In this document: positions 21,444 through 31,747 of the stretch, one piece after another
Numbering within the stretch: position 1 is the stretch's first letter
Layout of the letters: every line of letters starts with the position of its first letter
Assembly (NCBI GenBank): GCA_965248265.1
Contig: CBDFJF010000002.1
Coordinates: 2,432,001 to 2,496,000, forward strand
Origin: Candidatus Latescibacterota bacterium
GTDB taxonomy: Bacteria > Latescibacterota > UBA2968 > UBA8231
Reading direction: 5' to 3'
DNA length: 64,000 nucleotides
The notes under the pieces: generated by a model
What the model saw: only the letters and a program-made list of their open reading frames with translations
What the model was told of the DNA's origin: nothing
Databases searched by the model: none
Made by a program: the position numbers and the translations under genes

Positions 21444-22349
21444 TTATGCCCACAGCAGAAGCACAACCAGACCGGCTACGATCAGGGAGGCACCGACCAG
21501 CTCGGTTGCTTTGACTTTCTCGCGGAAAAATACGAGAGAAGATAAGAAAGCGAAGAAGAGCTCAACTTGCCCGAGAGCTCTCACGTGAGCTGCGTTCTGA
21601 ATTGTCATTGCTGTAAGCCAGCACGCAGATGCAGCCATACCGGAGAGCCCTACTAGACTGGATATCTTCCACGCTCTACCGACTGCAGTCAGTTGTCCCA
21701 CTTCCCAGAAGTATAGATAGCACGTCATCGTGATCGCCTGGAGCAGAAGGACCGTGCCCAATGTGACGGCTGCGGAGATTACGAAATCAGCCTCGAGGGA
21801 GAGACTCGCGGCCCGGTAACACACAGAAGCAATTCCGTAACACGCACCGCAGGCGATTCCAAAACCAGCCGCTTTGTGAAGGATCGGCGATATCAGCTCA
21901 CGGAGCCCCAGCTCTTGGTTGGCTACTGCGAGAAGCACCACACCAGCCAGACTCACCAGAATGGCTACCAGTGCCCACAGCGTAATCGGATCAGAGAGGA
22001 CGAGAATACCGAAAGCAGCAGTCTGAATCGTCTCTGTTTTGGAATAAGCCGTTCCGACAACGAAATTGCCAAATGAAAACGAGTGAATCAGGAACGCCGT
22101 GCCGAGAATCTGGGCAAGTCCGCCGACTGCGGCGAAAATCAGGAACTTCAGATGCGGACGGGGCAGTTCATATTCACCGATTTGTGTGAGAAGCAGCAGG
22201 TACACCAGCACGAAAGGGAGCGCAAACAGAAAGCGGACATAGGTGGCGCCCATCGTGCTCAGTGCGCCTCTCAGGTGCTTCTGCAATGATGACCTGACGT
22301 TCTGTGAAATTGCCGCAGCGACAGTAATTGGTACCCATGTTTCGAACAA
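21444..22349 (-). CDS. DMT/EamA family transporter
   Basis: About 10 TM helices; YSKTE and VRALGQVEL motifs; TTG start with AAGGA RBS. Confidence 0.85.
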   Translation of the reverse strand: MFETWVPITVAAAISQNVRSSLQKHLRGALSTMGATYVRFLFALPFVLVYLLLLTQIGEYELPRPHLKFLIFAAVGGLAQILGTAFLIHSFSFGNFVVGTAYSKTETIQTAAFGILVLSDPITLWALVAILVSLAGVVLLAVANQELGLRELISPILHKAAGFGIACGACYGIASVCYRAASLSLEADFVISAAVTLGTVLLLQAITMTCYLYFWEVGQLTAVGRAWKISSLVGLSGMAASACWLTAMTIQNAAHVRALGQVELFFAFLSSLVFFREKVKATELVGASLIVAGLVVLLLWA

Positions 22350-22821
22350 GCTGGTTCCTTGATTTGACCGAAGTGGATCTGCGCGTTTGGTGTTCGTCCG
22401 ATGTGCTATGCGAGATGCTAACGTAAGTAAGCTACACTGATCAATCCCCAGGCGTCATGCCACGGCAGGGAATCAGTGTATGGATTTGATTACCGGCATG
22501 GCATCACCGAATGGATAGCGTCCACTGATGATACTCGCCGTGCACGCGCTCAAGCAGTGTTAGGCGGAGATTTCGCGAAAAGTCGCTACGATTTCAGGAT
22601 AAAAGCTCATGCTCGGCCAGCACCTGGTAGAGGGGTTCCTTCTCGGGGGTTCGGCGACGGTAGGAGAACCCGCTGCCATGGGTGTGAGTGGCCGGCATGC
22701 CGTGGCGGCACGCAAGATGGAGACCAATGGTGAGTTGCTCGAGTATCACGTGGTCCTGGCAAGGGAACCGTGGGTACTCGGCTACGCACACGTGTGTACC
22801 AGACGACACAACACGGCATAG

Positions 22822-23090
22822 CGACATCGACATGGTCCTCCACCTGGCTGCGTTTACGGAAGACAGCGGCGACTGGGACGGCCAACTGGACATCACGGCC
22901 AAGGGGACCGTCAACGTGTTCAGAGCCGCCCAGGAGGCCGGCATCTGGCGGGTCGTCAACATGAGCACGGGAAGCACCATGTGCGGCTTGGAATGGTACG
23001 AAGGCTCGGGGCCCTTGCCAGAGGAGAGTACGAAGTGGAAAAGCCGTGGCCAACCATCGACTACCGCGATCAGCCGGGACCGCCCCTGCC
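22822..23090 (+). pseudogene. Internal fragment of an NAD-dependent epimerase/dehydratase (uronate dehydrogenase-like)
   Basis: DIDMVLHLAA...GTVNVFRAAQEAGIWRVVNMSTGS; frameshift near 23010; no GxxGxxG N-terminus. Confidence 0.65.
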
Positions 23091-23117
23091 CATCGGGCGA
23101 GAATCGAGTTCCCCTCC

Positions 23118-25049
23118 CTACACGTACTTCGCCAGCCAGTCCAGGACCCGTTGGGAGCACTCGACCCGCAGTTTGGGATGACCCAGCTTGCGGAACCCAT
23201 GCGATGAGTCGGGAAAGCGGACGAACTCCACCTCCTTGCCACGGCGTTTCAGGGCGACGAAGTACTGCTCACTCTGCTCTATCGGGCAACGCAGGTCATT
23301 CTCTCCATGGTACAACAGAACCGGAGTGGTGACGTCGTCGACATAGGTGATGGGGGAGTGTTTGAGGAGTGACTCGCGAAACTCTTCCGTCGTGCCTCCC
23401 CAGTTCATCTCGAAGAAGCTGACGCCGATGTCGGAGGTGCCGTACATGCTGTGGAGGTTGGCGCACGGGGCTCCCACGATCGCTGCCTTGAAGCGGGTCT
23501 CGTGCCCGACGATCCAGCTGCCCATGTAACCTCCATAACTGGATCCGTGCAGGGCGATCCGGTCCTCGTCGATGTAGTCGCGGGAGCACATTTCATCGAC
23601 GCCGGCCATGATGTCGCGGTAATCCTCACCGCCCCAATCACCCAATACCATCTTGGCGAATTCGAGGCCATAGGATGATGAGCCTCTCGGATTGACGCCG
23701 AGGACGACATAACCGGCAGTCGCCATGAGCTGCTGGTAGGGGTCGTACCAGTCATAGAAGCGGCTGTTGGGTCCACCGTGAATGTCGAGGACCATGGGAT
23801 AGCGCTTGCTGGGATCGAACCCAGGTGGAAACAGCACTCTCGATTGGATCTGCTGACCGCCCTGTTCGATCGTGAACTTCTCCATCACCGCCGGTGGATG
23901 CTCTTCCAGGTAGTGCTTGTTGTAGGCCGTCAACTGGGTCCGCTGGTTCGTCGACAGATCGACGTGGATGACATTGTCTATGGCCGCCGCCGTCACCTCG
24001 ACCATGGCGGCGTTTTGGGTGGCATCATCCAGAGACCATGCGGAGTACTTGAGGCCGCCTCCAGCCAGGGTGGTTAATTCGCCTCCATCGGGCTCCACCC
24101 GGCACAGGAAGGACTCTCCGTGTCGGTCCCCGATGAAATAGATGTGTCCATCCGCTGACCAGCGCACCTCCGATGCCAGCGGATCGCCGGTGTAGGAGCC
24201 GTTCGTGAGGTTGCGGCAAGGTTTGCCGGGCTCCAGGACGTACAGGGAGCACTCGCGAGGATCCCACATGCGCGCATCATGCGTGCCAAGCGCCGCCAGT
24301 CTGGAGCCGTCCTTCGACCACGACAATGCCCAGATCCGGCACAGGCCTTCAGACCATGTTCGCGGGTCCTGTTCACCCGAGGCGTCGGTCACCCGCACTT
24401 CGGAGCCGTAGGTGACATCGCGATCCTCGACCTCATCGCAGATGTAGGCGATGCGCTCGCCCTCCGCTGACCAGACGGGTCCGGCACAATCGCCGGCAAC
24501 GCCAGTCAGTTGATCAATCTCACCGGTGTCCACGTCAATAGTGAAGAGCTGGTTGAAGGCGTCGCCGAGCCAGCCGCGCTCGTCGTGACGGTAGCGGATG
24601 CGGTGGGCAACGCGGGCGCGGGGATCGCGCTTGGGATCGTGGTCATCAGGTAGCGCATCGGGATCGACCTTTGAGACAAACGCCAGTGACCGCGCGTCAG
24701 GGGACCAGGCATGATCGACGGCGTTCTCTCTGCCATGCGTCAGCTGTCTGGCCTCTCCCCCTGCAATCGCAATCACCCAAATCTGCTTCACGCCCGCGTC
24801 ATCAGGGCGCAGAAAGGCGATCGAGCTGCCATCCGGCGAGAACTTCGGGGCTGTATCTGAAGGTCCCTGCGTGAAGGGGCGCGGTGCTCCCCCCGGTGGG
24901 TCCGCCATCATGATGGTGGTCCGATACTCCATCTCATTGACGTCGACGGTCGAACGCACGAAGGCGAGGCCGGAACCATCCGGTGACAAAGCGGGGGTGG
25001 CCACGGTGATCAGATCGTAGACGTATTCGGGAGGAATGGGCTTGACCAA
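23118..25049 (-). CDS. S9 family peptidase (acylaminoacyl peptidase-like)
   Basis: SPDG propeller repeats, IHGGP, GSSYGG nucleophile, HGENDLRC and HGF catalytic motifs. Confidence 0.93.
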   Translation of the reverse strand: MVKPIPPEYVYDLITVATPALSPDGSGLAFVRSTVDVNEMEYRTTIMMADPPGGAPRPFTQGPSDTAPKFSPDGSSIAFLRPDDAGVKQIWVIAIAGGEARQLTHGRENAVDHAWSPDARSLAFVSKVDPDALPDDHDPKRDPRARVAHRIRYRHDERGWLGDAFNQLFTIDVDTGEIDQLTGVAGDCAGPVWSAEGERIAYICDEVEDRDVTYGSEVRVTDASGEQDPRTWSEGLCRIWALSWSKDGSRLAALGTHDARMWDPRECSLYVLEPGKPCRNLTNGSYTGDPLASEVRWSADGHIYFIGDRHGESFLCRVEPDGGELTTLAGGGLKYSAWSLDDATQNAAMVEVTAAAIDNVIHVDLSTNQRTQLTAYNKHYLEEHPPAVMEKFTIEQGGQQIQSRVLFPPGFDPSKRYPMVLDIHGGPNSRFYDWYDPYQQLMATAGYVVLGVNPRGSSSYGLEFAKMVLGDWGGEDYRDIMAGVDEMCSRDYIDEDRIALHGSSYGGYMGSWIVGHETRFKAAIVGAPCANLHSMYGTSDIGVSFFEMNWGGTTEEFRESLLKHSPITYVDDVTTPVLLYHGENDLRCPIEQSEQYFVALKRRGKEVEFVRFPDSSHGFRKLGHPKLRVECSQRVLDWLAKYV

Positions 25050-25069
25050 GTTGCTCTCCGTTTTTCGGG

Positions 25070-26911
25070 TCAGGCCGGCTCCGTCGGCAGAATCAAAGCC
25101 GAGGGGTATTCCGGCGTGTGAAAGATCTGTTGTTCGGCGCGGATCAGTTCGGCATCGGCCAGGTCGTTGCGTCCGGTATTGTGGTTGCGGTCGTGGTTGG
25201 GGAAGTCGCTGCTGGTGATTTCCAGACGAATTCGATGTCCCTGCACAAAGCAGCAGGCTGTCGGTCCCAGCTCGATTCGCAATTCTATGACTTCTCCGGG
25301 CTCGAGGAATTCCTCGATGTCGAGGGAGTTGCGGTGTCTGGACCGTACCATGCCATAGCAGATTTCGCGCGCAGGTCCGAGGGTGGCTGACGGGCTCGAG
25401 GAATCACCACGGATGATGTGGTACCATGGTATGTCCTGGTTCACGGCCGCCTCGTCGGGAAATTCGTCGACCAGCCGGGCGAAGAAGTCGGTATCTGGGG
25501 CCGTCGATGAAACGAAGAGGACGACTTCCGGGTAGCCGGCAATTTCCACGGGATCAGCCAGGGGGGCGCTGCGGTAGTAGAGAATATCATGACGGTGTTC
25601 GAGCACGCGACGATCGGCCGGGGCCGTATACCACTCGGGACTCCACAGGGTGGGCACCGGATCGCGAGGGTCGTATGTGTATGAGTCGCTTTCGCTCCCT
25701 CCGTTCGCAGCGTTTGTGGCAAGAGAGCCGTCACCACGAGCGTCACCGGCATTCCCGTCGCTGGCCAGTCGATAGGACACCGGTTCGACTTGCGGTGGCG
25801 GCCAGGTCTGCACGCTCTTCCACCGATTGCTGCCCATGACGAAATAACGGACCGCGGGCTCCTCGTCGACACCGTTGGCGAGTCCCTTCAACCAGTGATC
25901 GAACCAGCGGATGATCATCTCCTGCTTGTCGACTGCAGCCAGCTCTCCGAAGTCGATTCCGCAGACCTCGCGATCGCCGAGTCCGGGATGATTCCAGGGG
26001 CCGGCGATGAGCTTGGTCTGGCTGCGGGCTTGTGCGCTACGCCCGTTTTTCTGCATCAAAGGCAGATGGTGCATGGTGTCGTTGCAGTGATCGTACCAGC
26101 CGCTGAAGTCGAGGTTGGGGACGTCGACTTCGCGGTGGATTTCGGAAAGCTTCCAGGGCGTGCGGTTTGGGTGCCTCAACCAGTCTTCTGCATACTCGGC
26201 CAGGCCCTTGGGCAGGTACCTGGGAAAGTCCAGCCAGGGCAGGAATCCGAGCCAGGAGGATTGCGATGTCTCGTTCCACAGTTGGTTTGCTTCGTCCGGC
26301 GTATGCGGTCCGGGTTGGCCCGATCGACGCCAAAGATCCGGAGCTATGTTCGCCATCCACCATCGTATGCGCCGTCCGGGGCGAAACCCACCCGGCCAGT
26401 CCACGGCGGTTAGTTCCAGGGGAATGGTACAGGCACACATGGCGACCAGATGGGGCGGTCGCAACTTGGCCAATTGCCACTGCATCCAGCCGTTGTAGGA
26501 ATAACCCATCGTACCGATGCGTCCGTTGCAGTACGGTCGCGTTGCCAACCACTCCACCGTATCGTAGCCGTCCTCCGCGTCCCCGGTGTCTTCGACGGTG
26601 AATGGAACCCAGTCGCCGTCCGAGGCGTACCGACCGCGGCTGTCCTGGACGACGACGACGTAGCCGGCACGGACGAAGCGATCGAACTTTCCCTGGCGGA
26701 ATTTGCCGTATGGAGTGCGTACCAGCAGTCCGGGGAACACCCCTTCGGCCTCGGGACGAAACACGTCAGCGCGCAAGACAACGCCATCGCGCATGATTGC
26801 AGGTACGTCCGGCTCGGTGACGATCCCGAGGGCGCGGGCACCACCTGCTGTTTCGTCAGCGCTCGCCATCAGCGCAAACGCTCCTGCACCACTTTCTGTT
26901 CTATCCTGCAC
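25070..26911 (-). CDS. CocE/NonD family hydrolase
   Basis: MRDGVVLRAD, RTPYGK, GYSYNG, GWYD, GPWNH and ITSSDFP motifs. Confidence 0.93.
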   Translation of the reverse strand: MQDRTESGAGAFALMASADETAGGARALGIVTEPDVPAIMRDGVVLRADVFRPEAEGVFPGLLVRTPYGKFRQGKFDRFVRAGYVVVVQDSRGRYASDGDWVPFTVEDTGDAEDGYDTVEWLATRPYCNGRIGTMGYSYNGWMQWQLAKLRPPHLVAMCACTIPLELTAVDWPGGFRPGRRIRWWMANIAPDLWRRSGQPGPHTPDEANQLWNETSQSSWLGFLPWLDFPRYLPKGLAEYAEDWLRHPNRTPWKLSEIHREVDVPNLDFSGWYDHCNDTMHHLPLMQKNGRSAQARSQTKLIAGPWNHPGLGDREVCGIDFGELAAVDKQEMIIRWFDHWLKGLANGVDEEPAVRYFVMGSNRWKSVQTWPPPQVEPVSYRLASDGNAGDARGDGSLATNAANGGSESDSYTYDPRDPVPTLWSPEWYTAPADRRVLEHRHDILYYRSAPLADPVEIAGYPEVVLFVSSTAPDTDFFARLVDEFPDEAAVNQDIPWYHIIRGDSSSPSATLGPAREICYGMVRSRHRNSLDIEEFLEPGEVIELRIELGPTACCFVQGHRIRLEITSSDFPNHDRNHNTGRNDLADAELIRAEQQIFHTPEYPSALILPTEPA

Positions 26912-26915
26912 GGCA

Positions 26916-27815
26916 TCAGCGCAGGGCTCCGGTCTGGATCGCGCTCACGGGGACTTCCAGCAGGTCCTCACCGAAAATGGTGTTGCCGGTGAAGATCTCG
27001 CCTACTTCCTGCAGCACGCGCTCACGCACGCCGACGGCTTCCATCTGTTCGGTGATATGGACGAGGACCAGGGTGCGGACACCAGCGTCGCGGGCAGTGC
27101 GGGCGGCGTCGAGGTGGCCGGAACAGCACTGGGTGATGCGCGGATCCGTGACACTGTTGTTATCCAGATGGCACATGTGCAGGAGGACATCGGCGTCACG
27201 TGCCAGCTGTGTCAGCTTCGGTGTTGGCGCTGTGTCCCCTCCGAACACGATGGACACGCCAGACGCTGTTGTAAGCCGGTAGGCCAGACAGGTAAGCTGG
27301 GGTTGAACGTGGACGACCTCGGCTGTCTCCAGGCGCCAGCCGGTTCCCTCGATGACGCTGCCGTCGGCGACCTCGGTTACGTCAGGTTGCGGCAAACGGC
27401 GTGGCAGTTGGCCGCCGCGGGCCTCGACGACGAAGTGACTACCCGGGTGCACGGTACGCGCCGACAGGTCGGGGCCGTACACGCCTGAGGCGCCAAAGAG
27501 CAGCTCGGTCATGTTGGCGACTGGAGCCGGACCGTAGACATCCAGGTCTGGAATCTTACCCACTCCCTGGTCCCAGCGCGTCAGCACCAGGTAGCCGTAG
27601 TCGACGCAGTGATCGTAGTGCAGATGGGTGAGAAAGAGGTCGGTGATACGGCGCAGGTCGAAGCCGCCTTCCAGGAGCCGGCGCACGCACGCGGGGCCGC
27701 AGTCGAAGAGGAGCACCTGATCGCCACACTCGAGCAGGTAACTCGACCCGGCCCGGTGGTGCGACGGCGTCGGCGTGCCGGTACCCAGCAAGGTCAGCTT
27801 GATGCCGTCGGTCAT
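26916..27815 (-). CDS. MBL-fold metallo-hydrolase (RNase Z/arylsulfatase-like)
   Basis: LLGTGTP, FDCG, THLHYDH, GDT and LVH motifs. Confidence 0.9.
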   Translation of the reverse strand: MTDGIKLTLLGTGTPTPSHHRAGSSYLLECGDQVLLFDCGPACVRRLLEGGFDLRRITDLFLTHLHYDHCVDYGYLVLTRWDQGVGKIPDLDVYGPAPVANMTELLFGASGVYGPDLSARTVHPGSHFVVEARGGQLPRRLPQPDVTEVADGSVIEGTGWRLETAEVVHVQPQLTCLAYRLTTASGVSIVFGGDTAPTPKLTQLARDADVLLHMCHLDNNSVTDPRITQCCSGHLDAARTARDAGVRTLVLVHITEQMEAVGVRERVLQEVGEIFTGNTIFGEDLLEVPVSAIQTGALR

Positions 27816-29728
27816 GGTAATCCTCCTGCGACTTCGATCATGGCCAGCAATCCGCGCGGGACAAATTCACCCAGGATGAGTCCCAGGAAAAAGGGGCGCA
27901 GTTGCATGAACAGCCTGGCGCCGCCGTAGCGCAACACGGCACTCTTGATCACCCAGGCCAATAGAACGGTAAAGAACATCTTGTTCGCCGCCATGCTGAT
28001 GGGAAAGCTGATCGGGTGGAAGGGCCACCAGGCATAGCGCTGCTGCACGATCATCAGCACGGCCATGGCGATGCCGCCGATGGCGGTGTAGCCCCAGTAC
28101 TCCCATCGCGGGCCCTGCGGCGAGATCATGCGCGAGGCCGCGTCCACGAACGGCCACTGGGACTGGGTCTTGAAGAAATGAGAGGTGTTGAGGCCGCCGT
28201 AGGTGTAGGCGAGGTCCAGAACCATCCAGATGGCGCTGAGGAAACTGACGAGTATGGCGACGAGCATACTCCAGAAGATCAGACGACGATTCTTCTGCAC
28301 GGTCTCGTCGATGACCTTGAGGCCGTTTGCGCACGAAGTCATGACGAAGATGATGATGTCGCTGGCATAGATGTAGGTGAAGGCCAGCGACATGATCCCC
28401 GGTGCCCCCAGGGCCCGGGTGCCGAAGCTGCCGACGATGACGTCAGAGGCGATGATCGGCGCGAACAGGTAGGGCAGTCCGCCCTCGGCGATGATGCGGG
28501 TGATACCCAGGTAGAGGACCATGAGGAAAAACAGGTAAATCGGAGCGATCCAGGCCGGCATTCCCGTCACCCACAGCCAGAAGCCCATGAAGAGCAGACA
28601 AGCCAACAAGATGAACACGGAGGCCCGGTACGAGAGGATCTCCCCGGAGTCGTCGATGTCTGCACCGCGGCCGAGGGCTTTGCGCAGCACCTGGCGCAGA
28701 TGGTCGCGGCCATTCCACAGGCCGAAGAGGACGAGGACGACGAAGGCGCCCAAGCCTTGATGGGACAGAACCGGCTCTCCCCGCTTCCAATGACTGAAAA
28801 TAGGATCGTCGAACCCACCACCCGAGAGAGTCAGGATGACCTTCTGGAGGATATTGATGAGGAAGAAGAAACAGAGGCCGAGGGAGACCTCACGACGAAT
28901 CAGATAAGCGAACCCCAGCATCATGAAGTTGACGCCGATTCGGACCCCGATGACGTCCCGGAAGATGTAGACGTAGTTGCCGAAGATGTGGATGTAGGGA
29001 AGCTCGGGATAGTAGCGCGTCAGTCCGTTCTGCAGGTGGATGACGAAGGCCAGTGTGAAGCCGAGCCACATCACCCAGCTCTTGAAAAACGGCTTGATCA
29101 GAGATCCGTCCTCGCCATCCTGGATCATGGCGACGGGCAGCTGCGTCATCGGAAAAATGAGGCGCTCGTTGTTTACCCATTGCCGGCGCAGGATCGACAT
29201 GATGCAGATCATCGACACGAATAATGACATGGCGAAGGGCAACCAATGCGCCAGCGGCGACAGCCAGATCTTCCATGGGATACCCTGACCGCGGGGCACG
29301 CCCTCATAGAAATCCTGGATGTCCTGGAAATCGCCGCGCGGTATGATCCAGCTCGGTATGTAGGGGAACAGCTCCTCGCGCCAGTTGTTCTCAGCGCCGG
29401 CATAGTAGATGGAGCTGGTGAGCTTGGGCAGGAAGTAGGAGACGAAGCCGTCCGTGGCGACCCCCGAACCGACGATCCACATGACATAGATCTGCGCCAG
29501 TTCGGCCGGCCGCAGCATCCAGCTGCGCCTGATGGCGCCGACGAGCGGGTTGATGACCAGGGAGACAATGAACAACATGATCACCGGCCCCGGCGTAAAA
29601 AACCAGTTCCCGAAGCCGCCGAACTTCAACATCATGTCGGAGTACTGGAAACCGGCGCCGACGATGAGACAACCGGCGGCGCCGACTGCGAGGGCGCGAC
29701 GGGAGGGGACCAGTGCTGAAGGAATCAT
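27812..29728 (-). CDS. DUF6785/DUF6784-type multi-pass membrane protein (putative OPT-like transporter)
   Basis: RRQWVNNERLIFPM, WWPFHP and RPFFLGLILGE motifs; many TM helices. Confidence 0.8.
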   Translation of the reverse strand: MIPSALVPSRRALAVGAAGCLIVGAGFQYSDMMLKFGGFGNWFFTPGPVIMLFIVSLVINPLVGAIRRSWMLRPAELAQIYVMWIVGSGVATDGFVSYFLPKLTSSIYYAGAENNWREELFPYIPSWIIPRGDFQDIQDFYEGVPRGQGIPWKIWLSPLAHWLPFAMSLFVSMICIMSILRRQWVNNERLIFPMTQLPVAMIQDGEDGSLIKPFFKSWVMWLGFTLAFVIHLQNGLTRYYPELPYIHIFGNYVYIFRDVIGVRIGVNFMMLGFAYLIRREVSLGLCFFFLINILQKVILTLSGGGFDDPIFSHWKRGEPVLSHQGLGAFVVLVLFGLWNGRDHLRQVLRKALGRGADIDDSGEILSYRASVFILLACLLFMGFWLWVTGMPAWIAPIYLFFLMVLYLGITRIIAEGGLPYLFAPIIASDVIVGSFGTRALGAPGIMSLAFTYIYASDIIIFVMTSCANGLKVIDETVQKNRRLIFWSMLVAILVSFLSAIWMVLDLAYTYGGLNTSHFFKTQSQWPFVDAASRMISPQGPRWEYWGYTAIGGIAMAVLMIVQQRYAWWPFHPISFPISMAANKMFFTVLLAWVIKSAVLRYGGARLFMQLRPFFLGLILGEFVPRGLLAMIEVAGGLP

Positions 29729-29793
29729 CTCGGACCGATTACGGGAGAATCACATACCAGGGCGGGCGTCGATCGTATTGATGCCCGCTGTCG

Positions 29794-30750
29794 TCAGAAC
29801 CCTTCCTTCTTGTCGCACACGTAGAGGAAGTCCTCGCCGGCAAGGTAGCGCCGTAGGTTTTCCTTGAAGATCGCTTTTAGGCCGACGAGCACACCGGCTG
29901 AGACGCCGGCAACATGGGGCGTGATCACGACGTTCGGCATCGACCACAGCGGGCTTTCCGGTGCCAGGGGCTCTTCCTCGAAGGCATCGATGCCGGCTCC
30001 GGCGATACGGCCCGATTGAAGGCCGTCGACGAGGGCGCTCTCATCGACGATGCCGCCTCGGGAGACGATGATGACGCGGGCACCCTCGGGTAGCAACTCG
30101 AGCTGGCGCCGGTCGATGAGTCCTCGCGTCCCCGGAGTGAGCGGCGCGGTTATTACCAGCCAATCCGACATGCCCACCATTTCGTCGAGCCGGTCGAGTC
30201 CCCAGGTCGCCTCGACCTCGGCCATGTCGGGTTTGGGGTGCTTGTCGACGGCATACACCTTCATGCCGAAGCCGTGGGCGCGACGGGCGACCGCCATGCC
30301 GACATCGCCAATGGCGAGAATACCCATGGTGCGGTCATCAAGATCCTGGTACTGCCACACGTAGTTCCAGGGGTCCCACTTGCGCTCCTGCTCGTGCAGG
30401 AAGAAATCATGCCACTTGTGCGCCAGGTTGAGGATCATGGCCATGGCGTGGTTGGCCATCGATGGAGCGTGCGGTCCGCGTGTGTTGGTGAGAATGATAT
30501 CGCTTTCGGCGAATCCGGGGACAGCGAGCGTGCTGTCGATGCCGGCTCCGGGAAGATGAAACCAGCGTAGCTGCCGGGCTTCGGCGAGCAGCTCCTCTGT
30601 AAGAAACCCATGGAACACTTCTGCGTCCCGGATGTGGAGTTTCTGGTCTTCCGCAGTCGTTGCGGTGACGATGTCGATCTCAGGAAAGGAGGCGGACAGG
30701 TCCTGGATGTAGGCCTCGTCTTCATCGAAGACGCCGTTCAGGACCTTCAT
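29794..30750 (-). CDS. D-2-hydroxyacid dehydrogenase
   Basis: GILAIGDVG, APLTPGTRG, SRGGIVDE and ITPHVAG motifs. Confidence 0.92.
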   Translation of the reverse strand: MKVLNGVFDEDEAYIQDLSASFPEIDIVTATTAEDQKLHIRDAEVFHGFLTEELLAEARQLRWFHLPGAGIDSTLAVPGFAESDIILTNTRGPHAPSMANHAMAMILNLAHKWHDFFLHEQERKWDPWNYVWQYQDLDDRTMGILAIGDVGMAVARRAHGFGMKVYAVDKHPKPDMAEVEATWGLDRLDEMVGMSDWLVITAPLTPGTRGLIDRRQLELLPEGARVIIVSRGGIVDESALVDGLQSGRIAGAGIDAFEEEPLAPESPLWSMPNVVITPHVAGVSAGVLVGLKAIFKENLRRYLAGEDFLYVCDKKEGF

Positions 30751-31631
30751 CCGGACTTGCCGTTACCCCAGCGCTTGGGTGAGATGCCGGCGGCGTCGCG
30801 CGCCATGTTGTCGGGGCGATTTGGAAGGTCGAACTCGATGTCACGGGTATTCAGACTGCGGAAGAAGGGCTGGATCTTTTCCGGCAACCGGGCAATGATC
30901 TCCGGATCGCGATCCTCGACGTCATCGATCGGACCGGCCCAGGCCGGGCGATAAGCGATGGCGAGCATGCGGCGCGGACGGTCGCTGTGATTGGGAAAGT
31001 TGCCGTGAAAGATCTTCTGGTTGATGATGGCGGCCGATCCTGCCTTACAGGTCACCATCAGCTCCTCGGGGTGGCTGAGCAGGCGGCCATACGGACTGGC
31101 ATCGCGGTGCATGGACAGATGGGAACGTGGGATGACCTTGAAGGGAGAGCAGTCAGGCGTCAGGTCGTCGAGGTAGTAGAGGACGCGGGCGAGTATCGGA
31201 GAGCTGGCCTGCACCCCGAAAATTTTCGACCCGTAGGGTTGCGAATCGGTGTGAATGGCAATCCCGGGATGGCCGGGCTCAGAGCATCCCAGACCGATCG
31301 AGGTGCAGATGAGGTCATCGCCGAACAGGCTGGTCAGGAACTCAATCATGGGAGGATTGGCGATGGCGTCGATGGAGACGGGGCAATCCCGCATCCACAA
31401 ATCGTGGCATCCCTTCTGATGTTTGGAATAGTCGGTTGAGGTCATGGGCAGGCTGTCGAGTTCGCCGTGCAGCGCCGTGATCTGCTCTGGCGACAACAAA
31501 TCGGGAATAACGACGAAGCCCTCCAGCTCGATCGAACGGATCCGCTCCTGGGTCGTCAGGCTGAACCAGTCGGTGTCATCCTGACGTGCGTGGGCGATAT
31601 CTTCCTTTGAATTGGTGAATGAAGTATCCAT
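30747..31631 (-). CDS. PhyH family dioxygenase
   Basis: IHTD, YYLDDL, PRSH and FHGNFPN motifs. Confidence 0.88.
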   Translation of the reverse strand: MDTSFTNSKEDIAHARQDDTDWFSLTTQERIRSIELEGFVVIPDLLSPEQITALHGELDSLPMTSTDYSKHQKGCHDLWMRDCPVSIDAIANPPMIEFLTSLFGDDLICTSIGLGCSEPGHPGIAIHTDSQPYGSKIFGVQASSPILARVLYYLDDLTPDCSPFKVIPRSHLSMHRDASPYGRLLSHPEELMVTCKAGSAAIINQKIFHGNFPNHSDRPRRMLAIAYRPAWAGPIDDVEDRDPEIIARLPEKIQPFFRSLNTRDIEFDLPNRPDNMARDAAGISPKRWGNGKSG

Positions 31632-31747
31632 CTTTGCGGCCTCTGTTTGGTGGGTTGTCGGCGATTCGATTACGTGGCACGAGCCAAAAGGACATTAGTC
31701 ATATTGGCTACAATGAACAAGATCATCCCACAGGGAGGAAGTGAGTT

